Notes: generated by a model not told the origin, from the letters alone. Numbered from the whole stretch's first letter, positions 1 to 8,474 are shown. The stretch is 63,963 nt of DNA, filler included, from a bacterium (GCA_040757115.1; 6 parts of 6 records of this genome joined end to end with filler, not necessarily neighbours in it), one strand, 5' to 3'. Made by a program: numbers and translations.

Positions 1-188
1 TTCTGGACACATACATAATGATTAAATAATAGCATATTAATTAAATTTTGTCAAGCATTTTTTAAAAAAAATAATAAAATTTTTTAATAATACTCGTATG
101 CACACTTTTAAGGTCTAAAATTTGCCTCTCCCCTTGATTATTAAAAGGTTATCCCTTCTTTATAGGCTCTTTTTGAGGGGAAGTTCCG
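1..188. mobile_element. Partial MITE (family D, terminus CGGAACTTCCCC) overlapping the rnc 3' end
   Basis: GGGGAAGTTCCG at 177-188 matches the termini of the 54698-54982 element. The shared internal CGTAnGCACACTTTTA lies the same 78 nt from the end in both copies, and both carry a similar sigma70 motif. Confidence 0.6.
26..54 (-). promoter_or_regulatory. Sigma70-like promoter inside MITE D
   Basis: Minus strand TTGACA-17 nt-TATTAT with an extended TG. Confidence 0.5.
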
Positions 189-881
189 TTGCAAAGCAGA
201 GAATGCGGCTTGTTGTTCTGCCTCTTTTTTACTTCTACCTCTTCCAATTCCCCATGTTTTACCTTTTACCATAACCGCTATTTCAAAAATCCGATTATGG
301 TCAGGACCTTTTCTACTAATTACTTTATAAAGAGGCAGGATTTTAAATCTCTTTTGAGTAAATTCCTGGAAATCACTTTTATAATCTTGAACATGAACAT
401 TATCGCTAATTTTTTCAATTTCTTCCTCAAGTTGTGATAGGATAAAAGTCCGTGCTGGTTCCAATCCTGAATCTAAATAAATCGCTCCAATAACTGCCTC
501 ATAGGTATCAGCTAAAATAGAATGTCTATTTCTACCCCCGGTCATCTCTTCACCTTTACCCAGAAGTAGATATTTACCCAATTCTAAATGTTTAGCACAC
601 TTGGTCAATATAGGTGTGCTGACGACTTTAGCTCTAATCTTGGCTAAATCCCCTTCCATATAATCAGGATATTTAAAATAGATATACTCACTGACTACAA
701 GTCCTAAAACTACATCTCCTAAAAATTCCATCCGTTCATTTTGAAGGGTGCCATTATTTCTTTCTAATTCATAGGCGTAAGATGTATGAGTTAATGATTG
801 ATTAAAAATCTGGAGGTTTTTAAATTCTACACCCATTATCTCTTGTAATTTTTTAAGTTCTTGAATTCTATTTTCATCCAT
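141..881 (-). CDS. rnc: Ribonuclease III
   Basis: NERMEFLGD signature, ADTYEAVIGAIYLD, C-terminal dsRBD (DYKS..Q..GPDH..SKKEAEQQAA); follows fabF. Confidence 0.97.
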   Translation of the reverse strand: MDENRIQELKKLQEIMGVEFKNLQIFNQSLTHTSYAYELERNNGTLQNERMEFLGDVVLGLVVSEYIYFKYPDYMEGDLAKIRAKVVSTPILTKCAKHLELGKYLLLGKGEEMTGGRNRHSILADTYEAVIGAIYLDSGLEPARTFILSQLEEEIEKISDNVHVQDYKSDFQEFTQKRFKILPLYKVISRKGPDHNRIFEIAVMVKGKTWGIGRGRSKKEAEQQAAFSALQRNFPSKRAYKEGITF

Positions 882-2137
882 TAATTTTTATACCTCTTAA
901 CTATTAAACTCACATTATGACCTCCAAAGCCAAGAGAATTAGATAAGGCGATATCGATATTTTGAATTCTGGCTTGGTTTGGGACATAATCTAAATCACA
1001 TTCTGGGTCTTTATATTCATAATTTATCGTTGGTGGGATAACTCCTCTTTCAATAGTTAAACAGCAGATAATAAATTCTACTGCTCCGGCAGCACCTAAC
1101 ATATGGCCGGTCATAGATTTGGTCGAACTAACAGGAACAGAATAGGCATAGTCACCAAAAACGGACTTAATGGCTTGTGTTTCACATTTGTCATTTAATG
1201 ATGTAGAGGTGCCGTGTGCGTTTATGTAATCTATTTGTTGTGAGGTTAAGTTAGCATTTTGCAATGTTCGTTGCATTGCTTTTGCTGCCCCTTTTCCTTC
1301 AGGAGCAGGAGAAGTAATATGGTAGGCATCACCCGTCATCCCATAGCCAATAATTTCAGCGTAAATATGTGCATTTCTTGCTTGAGCATGTTGTAAGGAT
1401 TCTAAAATAATTATGCCCGCTCCTTCAGCCATAACAAATCCATCGCGCAGTTTATCAAAAGGTCGAGAGGCTCTTTCAGGGTCATCATTTCGAGTAGATA
1501 GTGCTCTTGCCGAACTAAAACCCGCTAATCCTAAAGGGGTGACAGCCGCTTCTGCACCACCAGTTATCATAACTTCTGCTTCACCCCTTTCTATAATTCT
1601 ATAGGCATCACCAATAGCATGAGCACCACTGGCGCATGCAGTTACAACTGCAGAATTAGGGCCTGTTGCTCCATATCTTATCGCTACTTTGCCTGAGGCA
1701 ATGTCTATAATTAACATTGGAATAAGAAATGGTGTTACCCTTCTGGGACCTTTTGCTAATAAAACCTTATGTTCGTTTTCAATAGTTGCCAGCCCACCAA
1801 TACCCGAACCGATATAAACCCCTATGCAGTCAGGATTTTCATTACCAGGTAAATCTATTTTGGCGTCCTCAACAGCTAATTTAGTGGCGGCAATAGCAAA
1901 TTGCGCAAATCTATCCGTATGCCTTATATCCTTTTTCTCCATATACAGATTTGGGTCAAAATCTGTTACCTCACCGGCAATCTGACACTCATAATCCTCA
2001 ACAGGAAATAAAGTTATTCGTCTAACTCCATTTTTCCCGGCGACGACATTGTTCCAGAATTCCTCTTTCCCAATTCCAATAGGTGTAAGCACACCCATTC
2101 CTGTTACTACAACTCGATTTTTAATATACGACTCCAT
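881..2137 (-). CDS. fabF: 3-oxoacyl-ACP synthase II
   Basis: RVVVTGMG, TACASG, NAHGTST, KSMTGHMLGAAG, SNSLGFGGHN motifs. Confidence 0.98.
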   Translation of the reverse strand: MESYIKNRVVVTGMGVLTPIGIGKEEFWNNVVAGKNGVRRITLFPVEDYECQIAGEVTDFDPNLYMEKKDIRHTDRFAQFAIAATKLAVEDAKIDLPGNENPDCIGVYIGSGIGGLATIENEHKVLLAKGPRRVTPFLIPMLIIDIASGKVAIRYGATGPNSAVVTACASGAHAIGDAYRIIERGEAEVMITGGAEAAVTPLGLAGFSSARALSTRNDDPERASRPFDKLRDGFVMAEGAGIIILESLQHAQARNAHIYAEIIGYGMTGDAYHITSPAPEGKGAAKAMQRTLQNANLTSQQIDYINAHGTSTSLNDKCETQAIKSVFGDYAYSVPVSSTKSMTGHMLGAAGAVEFIICCLTIERGVIPPTINYEYKDPECDLDYVPNQARIQNIDIALSNSLGFGGHNVSLIVKRYKN

Positions 2138-2373
2138 TAAGCCCGCTCCTCAATGTAAGTTACTGCATCCCCAATAGTAAGGATTTTCTCAGCGTCTTCA
2201 TCTGGAATCTCTATACCAAATTCCTCTTCAAAAGCCATTACCAACTCTACTGTATCCAGAGAATCTGCGCCTAAATCATCCACAAAGGATACTTCTGAAG
2301 TTACTTGTTCTTCATTTACTCCTAATTGGTCGATAATGATTTGTTTTACTCGTTCAAAAACTCCTTCTGCCAT
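2137..2373 (-). CDS. acpP: Acyl carrier protein
   Basis: [20 protein letters not shown] phosphopantetheine site. Confidence 0.98.
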   Translation of the reverse strand: MAEGVFERVKQIIIDQLGVNEEQVTSEVSFVDDLGADSLDTVELVMAFEEEFGIEIPDEDAEKILTIGDAVTYIEERA

Positions 2374-2397
2374 TTTATTTCATTCACCTCCTTTAAT

Positions 2398-2443
2398 TTG
2401 GTAATTGGTAACTGGTGAATAGTAATTAGTTACCAATTACCAG
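2398..2443. repeat. Heptamer inverted array (TTGGTAA/TTACCAA type) just 5' of the acpP RBS
   Basis: ttggtaa ttggtaa ctggtga atagtaa ttag ttaccaa ttaccag; related copies at 50534-50565 and 57642-57692. Confidence 0.8.
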
Positions 2444-2451
2444 TTTATAAG

Positions 2452-2608
2452 TTAATCTTCTTTCGTAAGATTGCTAAGTCTTTCAATAAACACTGTTGCA
2501 TTCTTCAAAGCCTCTTTTACAACAGGTGTCGAGCGTAGTGTCCCACGATGACTTACTCAATATCTCCTTAGCATTTTCTATAAATCTCATTGCTTCTTTT
2601 CTCTTCAT
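2452..2608 (-). pseudogene. Internally deleted small helical (DUF5618/HEPN-like) gene remnant
   Basis: MKRKEAMRFIENAKEILSKS is joined out of frame to GTLRSTPVVKEALKNATVFIERL*. These resemble the N- and C-termini of DUF5618-type proteins; RBS AGGAAAG. Confidence 0.45.
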
Positions 2609-2709
2609 AATGACTTTCCTCATTATTTATAATCAGACAGAAATCAGATATCAGATTTTAAAGGATATATCTTAAATATCTGTCCTCTGTCTTATGTATT
2701 TCAATTGAT

Positions 2710-2786
2710 GCCCCAATAATTTTTCTGTTATCTGATTTATTTCCATGTTTTCTCTGTTCCTCTGCGCCTCTGCGGTGAAGAGTTAC
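2710..2786. repeat. Partial copy of the GTAACnGTTCACCGCAGAG repeat element (right half)
   Basis: Aligns by eye with 9745-9825 (caataat..ttatctgatttattt..ctctgttcctctgcg..ctctgcggt). Confidence 0.65.
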
Positions 2787-2862
2787 AATTTCTCTTGCAT
2801 TTTGTAAATATTTTAAAGATTCTCTTTCCATACCTTTTGCCCTCTAACTTCTGTTTTCTATC

Positions 2863-3615
2863 CTACATTGCCATCCCACCGTCAACTACAATCACCTGAC
2901 CGGTGATATAAGACGCAGATGGTGAGACTAAAAATCCAACTGCATTAGCAATATCTTCAGGCTTACCATATCTTGCCAGTGGTATGTGTTCTAAATATTG
3001 TTTTTTTACCTCATCGGACAATTTAGAAGTCATTTCAGTTTCTATAAATCCTGGGGCTACCGCATTAACATTTATCCCTCTTTTTGCCAGTTCACGAGCC
3101 ACTGATTTAGTCAATCCAATAACCCCGGCTTTAGATGCCGAATAATTAACCTGACCGATATTCCCTTGTAGTCCTACGGTAGATGAGATATTAACTATTT
3201 TGCCTTCTCGTTGTTTAATCATCACCTTCGCTACTTCTTTAGTGCAGTTAAAAGTCCCAGTTAGATTAACATCTAAAACCGCTTTAAAATCTTCACAGGA
3301 CATACGAATAAGAAGTGTATCTTTTGTTATCCCGGCGTTATTAATAAGTATATTAATCTTGCCAAATTTGTCAAGCACAATTTGTACCATTTTTTCAACT
3401 TGCAAATTATCAGCCACATTAACCTTGAGACTCAATGTTTGAACATTAAATTTTTGTTTTAACTCATCAGCGGTTGCATTTGCCTGGTCAGAATTTATAT
3501 CCACGACTACAATCGAGGCGCCTGCATCGGCTAATGTCTCACAAATAGCCTTACCAATTCCCCTTGCTCCGCCAGTAACAATCGCTACTTGGTCTAATAA
3601 AATTCTTTCACACAT
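2863..3615 (-). CDS. fabG: 3-oxoacyl-ACP reductase
   Basis: TGGARGIG, NNAGIT, NYSASKAG; position in the fab operon. Confidence 0.97.
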   Translation of the reverse strand: MCERILLDQVAIVTGGARGIGKAICETLADAGASIVVVDINSDQANATADELKQKFNVQTLSLKVNVADNLQVEKMVQIVLDKFGKINILINNAGITKDTLLIRMSCEDFKAVLDVNLTGTFNCTKEVAKVMIKQREGKIVNISSTVGLQGNIGQVNYSASKAGVIGLTKSVARELAKRGINVNAVAPGFIETEMTSKLSDEVKKQYLEHIPLARYGKPEDIANAVGFLVSPSASYITGQVIVVDGGMAM

Positions 3616-3645
3616 TTTCTTTCACCTTCTTTCCCTTGAAAATCG

Positions 3646-3687
3646 GTTTATAGTTTATAGTTGATAGTTTATAGTTTATGGTTTATA
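3646..3687. repeat. (GTTTATA)6 heptamer array, downstream flank of four-helix-bundle gene 1
   Basis: gtttata gtttata gttgata gtttata gtttatg gtttata; contains the gene's stop codon. Confidence 0.9.
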
Positions 3688-4036
3688 ATGATTGTGATTT
3701 TGAAAGTTTAGAAAGCATCTTTGCTATATACTCTGAATCATTATAAAGTTCATTAAATAAATCATTTGTTAAATAATTATTATCTAAAGCAACAAATAAT
3801 TGAGATACTGTTTCATACAATGAACCGATAGAAATTTGGAGATATCGCTTAAAGTCAGTTTTACTAAATCTACTACTACCTTCAGCTATAGATGAAAGAA
3901 TAGATACAACACTTTTCCTCGTATGTTGAATTAATCCAAATTGCTCTTGTTTTGGATAAAATGAGGTAATTTCATAAATCCTTTTTAGAAATTTTCTTGT
4001 TTTCTGCCAAACTTCAAGTTTCTCAAAACTATACAT
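3683..4036 (-). CDS. Four-helix-bundle protein (23S rRNA IVS protein/Avd-like family)
   Basis: FEKLEVWQK..YP..E.FGL..IAEG..R..F.RYL.IS.GSL.E..SQL family pattern. Confidence 0.9.
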   Translation of the reverse strand: MYSFEKLEVWQKTRKFLKRIYEITSFYPKQEQFGLIQHTRKSVVSILSSIAEGSSRFSKTDFKRYLQISIGSLYETVSQLFVALDNNYLTNDLFNELYNDSEYIAKMLSKLSKSQSL

Positions 4037-4046
4037 CTTCTCCTCA

Positions 4047-4109
4047 CATCAACTCTCAACTACCAACTATCAACTATAAACTATAAACTATCAACTATCT
4101 ACTATCTAC
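4047..4109. repeat. (TATAAAC/TATCAAC)n heptamer array, inverted partner of 3646-3687
   Basis: About 9 units; core units are reverse complements of the left array; encodes the fabD C-terminus and stop. Confidence 0.9.
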
Positions 4110-5021
4110 TAAACTATCCATATTCTCAACATTTTTAACCTCTACGGCTGAATCTATCCTTCTAATCAATCCCTTTAAAACCCTGCCTGGTCCTATTTCA
4201 ATAAAGGTATTTATCCCTTCGTTTATCATAAATCTCACGCTATCTTCCCATAGTACCGTGCAGGCAATCTGCTTTGTTAGAGATACCCTTATTTCATTCG
4301 GCTCTATTACTGGTTTTGCAGTAACATTGGCAATAATAGGTATCTGTGGAGTTCTAATCTCTACCGCAGACAATGCCCTGGCTAATTTTTCTTGAGCAGG
4401 TAACATATAACTTGAATGGAAGGCACCGTTTACGGCTAATGGAATTGCCTTTTTTGCCCCTGCTGACACTGCTTTTTGAGCGGCTTTTTCCAGATAGTCC
4501 TTCATTCCAGAGATGACAATCTGCCCCGGGCAATTAATATTGGCTATCTCTACGGATTCCTCCAGGCAAATTCGCTCTACCTCAGTCCTTTCCAATCCGA
4601 GGACAGCTATCATTCCTGTTGGATGTTTTTCTGCCTGCTCCTGCATAAATTGTGCCCTTTTCTGAACGATGCACACCGCCTCTTTAAATTCTATACCCCC
4701 AGCGGCAGCTAAGGCACTGTATTCCCCCAGACTATGGCCAGCCAGGTAAACAGGCAGTTGGCAGTAAGCAGTAGGCAATAAGATTTCTTTTAATACTTGT
4801 AGACAAGCGATGGTGGTGGTTAATATTGCAGGCTGAGAATATTGGGTTTGCGAGAGTTTTTCAATCACACCTTCAAAACATAACTTTGTCTGGGGATAAC
4901 CTAAGACCGCATCTGCCTGGTCAAAAATTTCCTTTGCAGATTTAAAATTCTGATAGAATTCATAGCCCATACCTACATATTGTGAGCCCTGTCCTGGGAA
5001 AACATACGCTATTTTTTTCAC
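4095..5021 (-). CDS. fabD: Malonyl-CoA-ACP transacylase
   Basis: FPGQGSQ, GHSLGEY, GAFHS motifs. Confidence 0.97.
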   Translation of the reverse strand: MKKIAYVFPGQGSQYVGMGYEFYQNFKSAKEIFDQADAVLGYPQTKLCFEGVIEKLSQTQYSQPAILTTTIACLQVLKEILLPTAYCQLPVYLAGHSLGEYSALAAAGGIEFKEAVCIVQKRAQFMQEQAEKHPTGMIAVLGLERTEVERICLEESVEIANINCPGQIVISGMKDYLEKAAQKAVSAGAKKAIPLAVNGAFHSSYMLPAQEKLARALSAVEIRTPQIPIIANVTAKPVIEPNEIRVSLTKQIACTVLWEDSVRFMINEGINTFIEIGPGRVLKGLIRRIDSAVEVKNVENMDSLVDSR

Positions 5022-5047
5022 TTATCAATCCTTATTCTGAAAAATCG

Positions 5048-5158
5048 GTTATAGTTTATGGTTTATAGTTTATGGTTTATGGTTTATAGTTTATGGTTTA
5101 TAGTCCTTCAACTATAAACTATAAACTATAAACTATCAACTATCTACTATCAACTATC
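5048..5158. repeat. Empty heptamer hairpin (GTTTATA/G)n-TCCTT-(TATAAAC)n between fabH and fabD
   Basis: Same units as the 3646/4047 arrays but no enclosed gene; same GAAAATCGGTT-like left flank as 3638. Confidence 0.9.
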
Positions 5159-5165
5159 TCCCCTT

Positions 5166-6161
5166 TTAAAATCGAATGACTGTTCCTGCCCAACAAAGTC
5201 CGCCACCAAAAGAGCTTAATAAAACAATATCGCCCTTTTTTATTCTACCTTGTTTTTTTGCTTCATCGATAGAGACAGCCGTAGAAGCCGCAGACATATT
5301 ACCATATTTATGTAAATTCACAAAAACTTTGTCTGGACCAATATGAAGTCGTTTATCTACAGCTTCAATGATACGGATATTAGCCTGATGTGGAATGAAT
5401 AAATCTACCTCACTAACATCTAAATGAGCCAGATGTAATGCCTTTCTTGCAGATTTACACATTGCATCAACGGCATATTTGAATACCTCTCTACCATTCA
5501 TTTTGATATAATGGAATCTTTCGTCTATAATTTTTTGAGAGATAGGGTTTCTGCTGCCGCCACCAGGAATTTGCAATTTATCAGTTTTGGAACCATCAGC
5601 CCCTAAGTAACTACTAAGGATTCCAGTTCCTTTTCGGACTGGTTGTAACACGACTGCTCCAGCCCCATCACCAAATAAAACACAGGTATTACGGTCTGTC
5701 CAATCGGTAATTTTAGTAAGGCAATCTGCGGCAATAACCAAAACAGTCTTATAGGTATGGGTAGCAATTAGATTTTTGGCTAATTCTAAGGCATAACTAA
5801 ACCCGGCACAGGCGGCGGATAAATCAAAACAGGCGGCATGAATCGCCCCTATTTTATGCTGAATAAAACAAGCAGTAGATGGAAAAAGCATATCCGGAGT
5901 AACGGTGGCGACAATAATCATTTCTACCTTTGAAGGATGAACTTTTGCATCTTCCAGAGCGGCTAATGCGGCTGGAACGGCTAAATCCGAAGATGCCTGA
6001 TTATCTTCAGCAATCCGTCGCTCACTTATGCCACTCCTTGTTCGTATCCACTCATCTGAAGTATCAACCATTTTCTCAAGGTCAAAATTAGTCAATACTT
6101 TAGAAGGTGTATAAGAACCTGTGCCAACTATACCTACTGCCCTTAATTCATCTTTTTTCAT
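5166..6161 (-). CDS. fabH: 3-oxoacyl-ACP synthase III
   Basis: AACAGF, FGDGAGA, PHQAN, YGNMSAAS motifs. Confidence 0.97.
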   Translation of the reverse strand: MKKDELRAVGIVGTGSYTPSKVLTNFDLEKMVDTSDEWIRTRSGISERRIAEDNQASSDLAVPAALAALEDAKVHPSKVEMIIVATVTPDMLFPSTACFIQHKIGAIHAACFDLSAACAGFSYALELAKNLIATHTYKTVLVIAADCLTKITDWTDRNTCVLFGDGAGAVVLQPVRKGTGILSSYLGADGSKTDKLQIPGGGSRNPISQKIIDERFHYIKMNGREVFKYAVDAMCKSARKALHLAHLDVSEVDLFIPHQANIRIIEAVDKRLHIGPDKVFVNLHKYGNMSAASTAVSIDEAKKQGRIKKGDIVLLSSFGGGLCWAGTVIRF

Positions 6162-7157
6162 CTATCCCTCTTTAATTCCTTTTTCGATATGAAGATTGAC
6201 TTGATGGTTAATAAATTCGCAAGCTACCCTGATTCCATTCTTTACTGCCTTCGGAGAAGAAGCACCATGACAAATAATACACACACCATCTATGCCTAAA
6301 AGTGGTGCTCCGCCATATTCTGAATAATCAACTAATTTTTTAAACTTTTTAAATGCAGGTTTAGAAAGAAAAGCACCAATCTTCAAACTGAGACTTTTAG
6401 ATAATTCCTGTTTTAAAAAGCTAATTATCATTTCGGCTAAACTTTCACCAAATTTTAAAACCACATTACCCACAAATCCATCACAGACAATTACATCTAC
6501 CGTGCCATTTATAATATCTCTTCCTTCAACATTGCCGATAAAATTTAGAGAAGAGTGTTTTAGCAGGTCAAATGTCTGAGAAGTAAGTGTATTCCCTTTA
6601 CCTTCTTCTTCCCCAATACTTAAAAGTCCTATTTTAGGATTGGGCTTTCCCATAATATCTTTGGCATAGACATTACCCATTATGGCAAATTGTAAGAGAT
6701 GTTGTGGTTTGCAGTCAACATTAGCGCCCACATCAAGAAGTATGGATGCTCCGGATAAAGTCGGAATAAGTGTTGCAATTGCAGGTCTAAAAATACCTTT
6801 TAGTCTGCCAGGATACATTAAAGCACCTGCCATTACCGCGCCAGTATTACCTGCTGAAATAAAGGCATCTACCTCACCTTGTTTTAATGCCTTTATCGCG
6901 ACAACAATTGAAGAATCTTTTTTAGTTTTAACTGCTTGTGCCGGAGATTCATGCATTTCAATAATTTCTTTTGTATCCCTGATGACAATTGGTAATCCTT
7001 TTGTTTGATAACGAGCCAATTCATTAGTAATTGCCTTTTCTTGACCAAATAAGGTTATTTGAGTTACTTCTTTTAACTCATTCAATGCCTCAACCACACC
7101 AGCTACAATAGACTGTGGTGCATGGTCTCCGCCCATAGCATCAACTGCAATACGCAT
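6162..7157 (-). CDS. plsX: Phosphate acyltransferase PlsX
   Basis: MRIAVDAMGGD, SAGNTGA, GGAPLLG motifs. Confidence 0.97.
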   Translation of the reverse strand: MRIAVDAMGGDHAPQSIVAGVVEALNELKEVTQITLFGQEKAITNELARYQTKGLPIVIRDTKEIIEMHESPAQAVKTKKDSSIVVAIKALKQGEVDAFISAGNTGAVMAGALMYPGRLKGIFRPAIATLIPTLSGASILLDVGANVDCKPQHLLQFAIMGNVYAKDIMGKPNPKIGLLSIGEEEGKGNTLTSQTFDLLKHSSLNFIGNVEGRDIINGTVDVIVCDGFVGNVVLKFGESLAEMIISFLKQELSKSLSLKIGAFLSKPAFKKFKKLVDYSEYGGAPLLGIDGVCIICHGASSPKAVKNGIRVACEFINHQVNLHIEKGIKEG

Positions 7158-7158
7158 T

Positions 7159-7347
7159 TTATTTTTTCTTTTCCTCTATTGTTAATACAACGCGGCCGTT
7201 GTAAAAACCACAATTTAAACAAATACGATGAGGTAATTTTGGTTGTCCACATTGGGAACAGGTAGAAATATCTACTGGTGTTATTTTCCAGTGACTTCTT
7301 CTTTTATCTCGTTTTGCCTTTGATGTTTGTCGTTTTGGATTAGCCAT
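7159..7347 (-). CDS. rpmF: 50S ribosomal protein L32 (Zn-ribbon form)
   Basis: MANPKR..SK..RR.H, CxxC..PH.IC..CG.Y. Confidence 0.96.
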   Translation of the reverse strand: MANPKRQTSKAKRDKRRSHWKITPVDISTCSQCGQPKLPHRICLNCGFYNGRVVLTIEEKKK

Positions 7348-7368
7348 TTTTTAAAACCTCCTTTTAGA

Positions 7369-7396
7369 AGTAGTCAGTAGTCAGTAGTTAGTCGTA
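7369..7396. repeat. (AGTAGTC)n heptamer array, downstream flank of four-helix-bundle gene 2
   Basis: agtagtc agtagtc agtagtt agtcgta; contains the stop codon and abuts the rpmF RBS. Confidence 0.8.
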
Positions 7397-7759
7397 AACT
7401 TTACTAACCAATGTATATAACATCGCTTGTATTTCATCTAATTGTGCTACTCTCTTATTGATTATTTCTGCAGGTAAAAATTTTGTGCATCTGATATATC
7501 TACCTTTACTTTCACCTGCTGACCCACGCGAAATCCTAAAAAATTGTTTCAGTTCTTTACCTGCTTTACGACCATAACCTTCTTCCATATTAGCACAAAT
7601 GGAATCAAGGCTTCTAATTTGTTGTCTTGCCAATTCTTTCCCAGCAAAATTTTCACTCAAAACTGGTAAATCTTCTTTTATAAATTCGTCAAACAATTTC
7701 ATTGCTTTCTGATAGACAATAAAATCTTCTACACTTTTAACTTTTATTTTGTTCTCCAT
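7388..7759 (-). CDS. Four-helix-bundle protein (IVS/Avd-like family)
   Basis: EDFIVYQKA..RQQIRSLDSICANMEEGYGR..FFRISRGSAGE pattern. Confidence 0.88.
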   Translation of the reverse strand: MENKIKVKSVEDFIVYQKAMKLFDEFIKEDLPVLSENFAGKELARQQIRSLDSICANMEEGYGRKAGKELKQFFRISRGSAGESKGRYIRCTKFLPAEIINKRVAQLDEIQAMLYTLVSKVYD

Positions 7760-7774
7760 TTTTCCTTACTCTCT

Positions 7775-7793
7775 CTACTGACTACTGACTACA
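7775..7793. repeat. (CTACTGA)n heptamer array, inverted partner of 7369-7396
   Basis: ctactga ctactga ctaca; supplies the yceD stop codon. Confidence 0.75.
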
Positions 7794-8258
7794 TGTAGTT
7801 TTATTCAAATTTACGCCGCAATGACTACACAATCCCTGACAGTTTTCTTGACAAATTGGTTTTATCGGTAACGATAATATTATTTGCTCTCGAATTTGTT
7901 CCATTAAATTAATATTATCCTGGCGATAAAAAATCCTTTCTATGTCCTCTACTTGTAATTCTCCTCCATAATCTTCTGTTTTTTCACATTTGGTTTCGTA
8001 TAAATCTATTTTAAAATCCCGGTTTAATTTAAAATTAAAATCTTCAAGACAACGACTGCATTGAAGCAGAACATCAACTTTTAAATTACCTCTAAGTCTA
8101 ATACTCTCACCGATATTAACTAAATGGAATTTAATAGAAATAGGAGAGGTAAGTTTTATGTCTTCAATTGTGTCAAGAGATTCATCTTGTTCAATAAAGA
8201 GTTCACTGCCGATATTTTGTTTTATTTTAGAGATGTCAACACTAACTAAATCAATCAT
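7782..8258 (-). CDS. yceD: DUF177/YceD family protein, C-terminus shortened
   Basis: CSRCL, EQIILSLP.KP.C...C.GLC..CG.NLN; typical position upstream of rpmF. Confidence 0.9.
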   Translation of the reverse strand: MIDLVSVDISKIKQNIGSELFIEQDESLDTIEDIKLTSPISIKFHLVNIGESIRLRGNLKVDVLLQCSRCLEDFNFKLNRDFKIDLYETKCEKTEDYGGELQVEDIERIFYRQDNINLMEQIREQIILSLPIKPICQENCQGLCSHCGVNLNKTTCSQ

Positions 8259-8275
8259 TTTTTATGGTGTTATCT

Positions 8276-8474
8276 GGTGGTGTCTTAATCTAGCATAAAG
8301 GTTGAAATAGTGTAAGAAAAGGAGATATGGGGATTATGGAGATTAGAAGATAAATTTATTCTAAAATTTTGGAAATTACAATGAATAATCTCCCTATCTC
8401 CCTTTATCTCCTTATCCCTTTTTTACACCAAATCTGCATAGATTTCGCTATTAGCGTTATTTTCAAACACCACC
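8276..8474. mobile_element. MITE family A (199 bp), TIR GGTGGTGTYT, 8-bp TSD TGTTATCT
   Basis: TGTTATCT at 8268-8275 and 8475-8482; reverse-orientation copy at 36931-37130. Confidence 0.9.
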
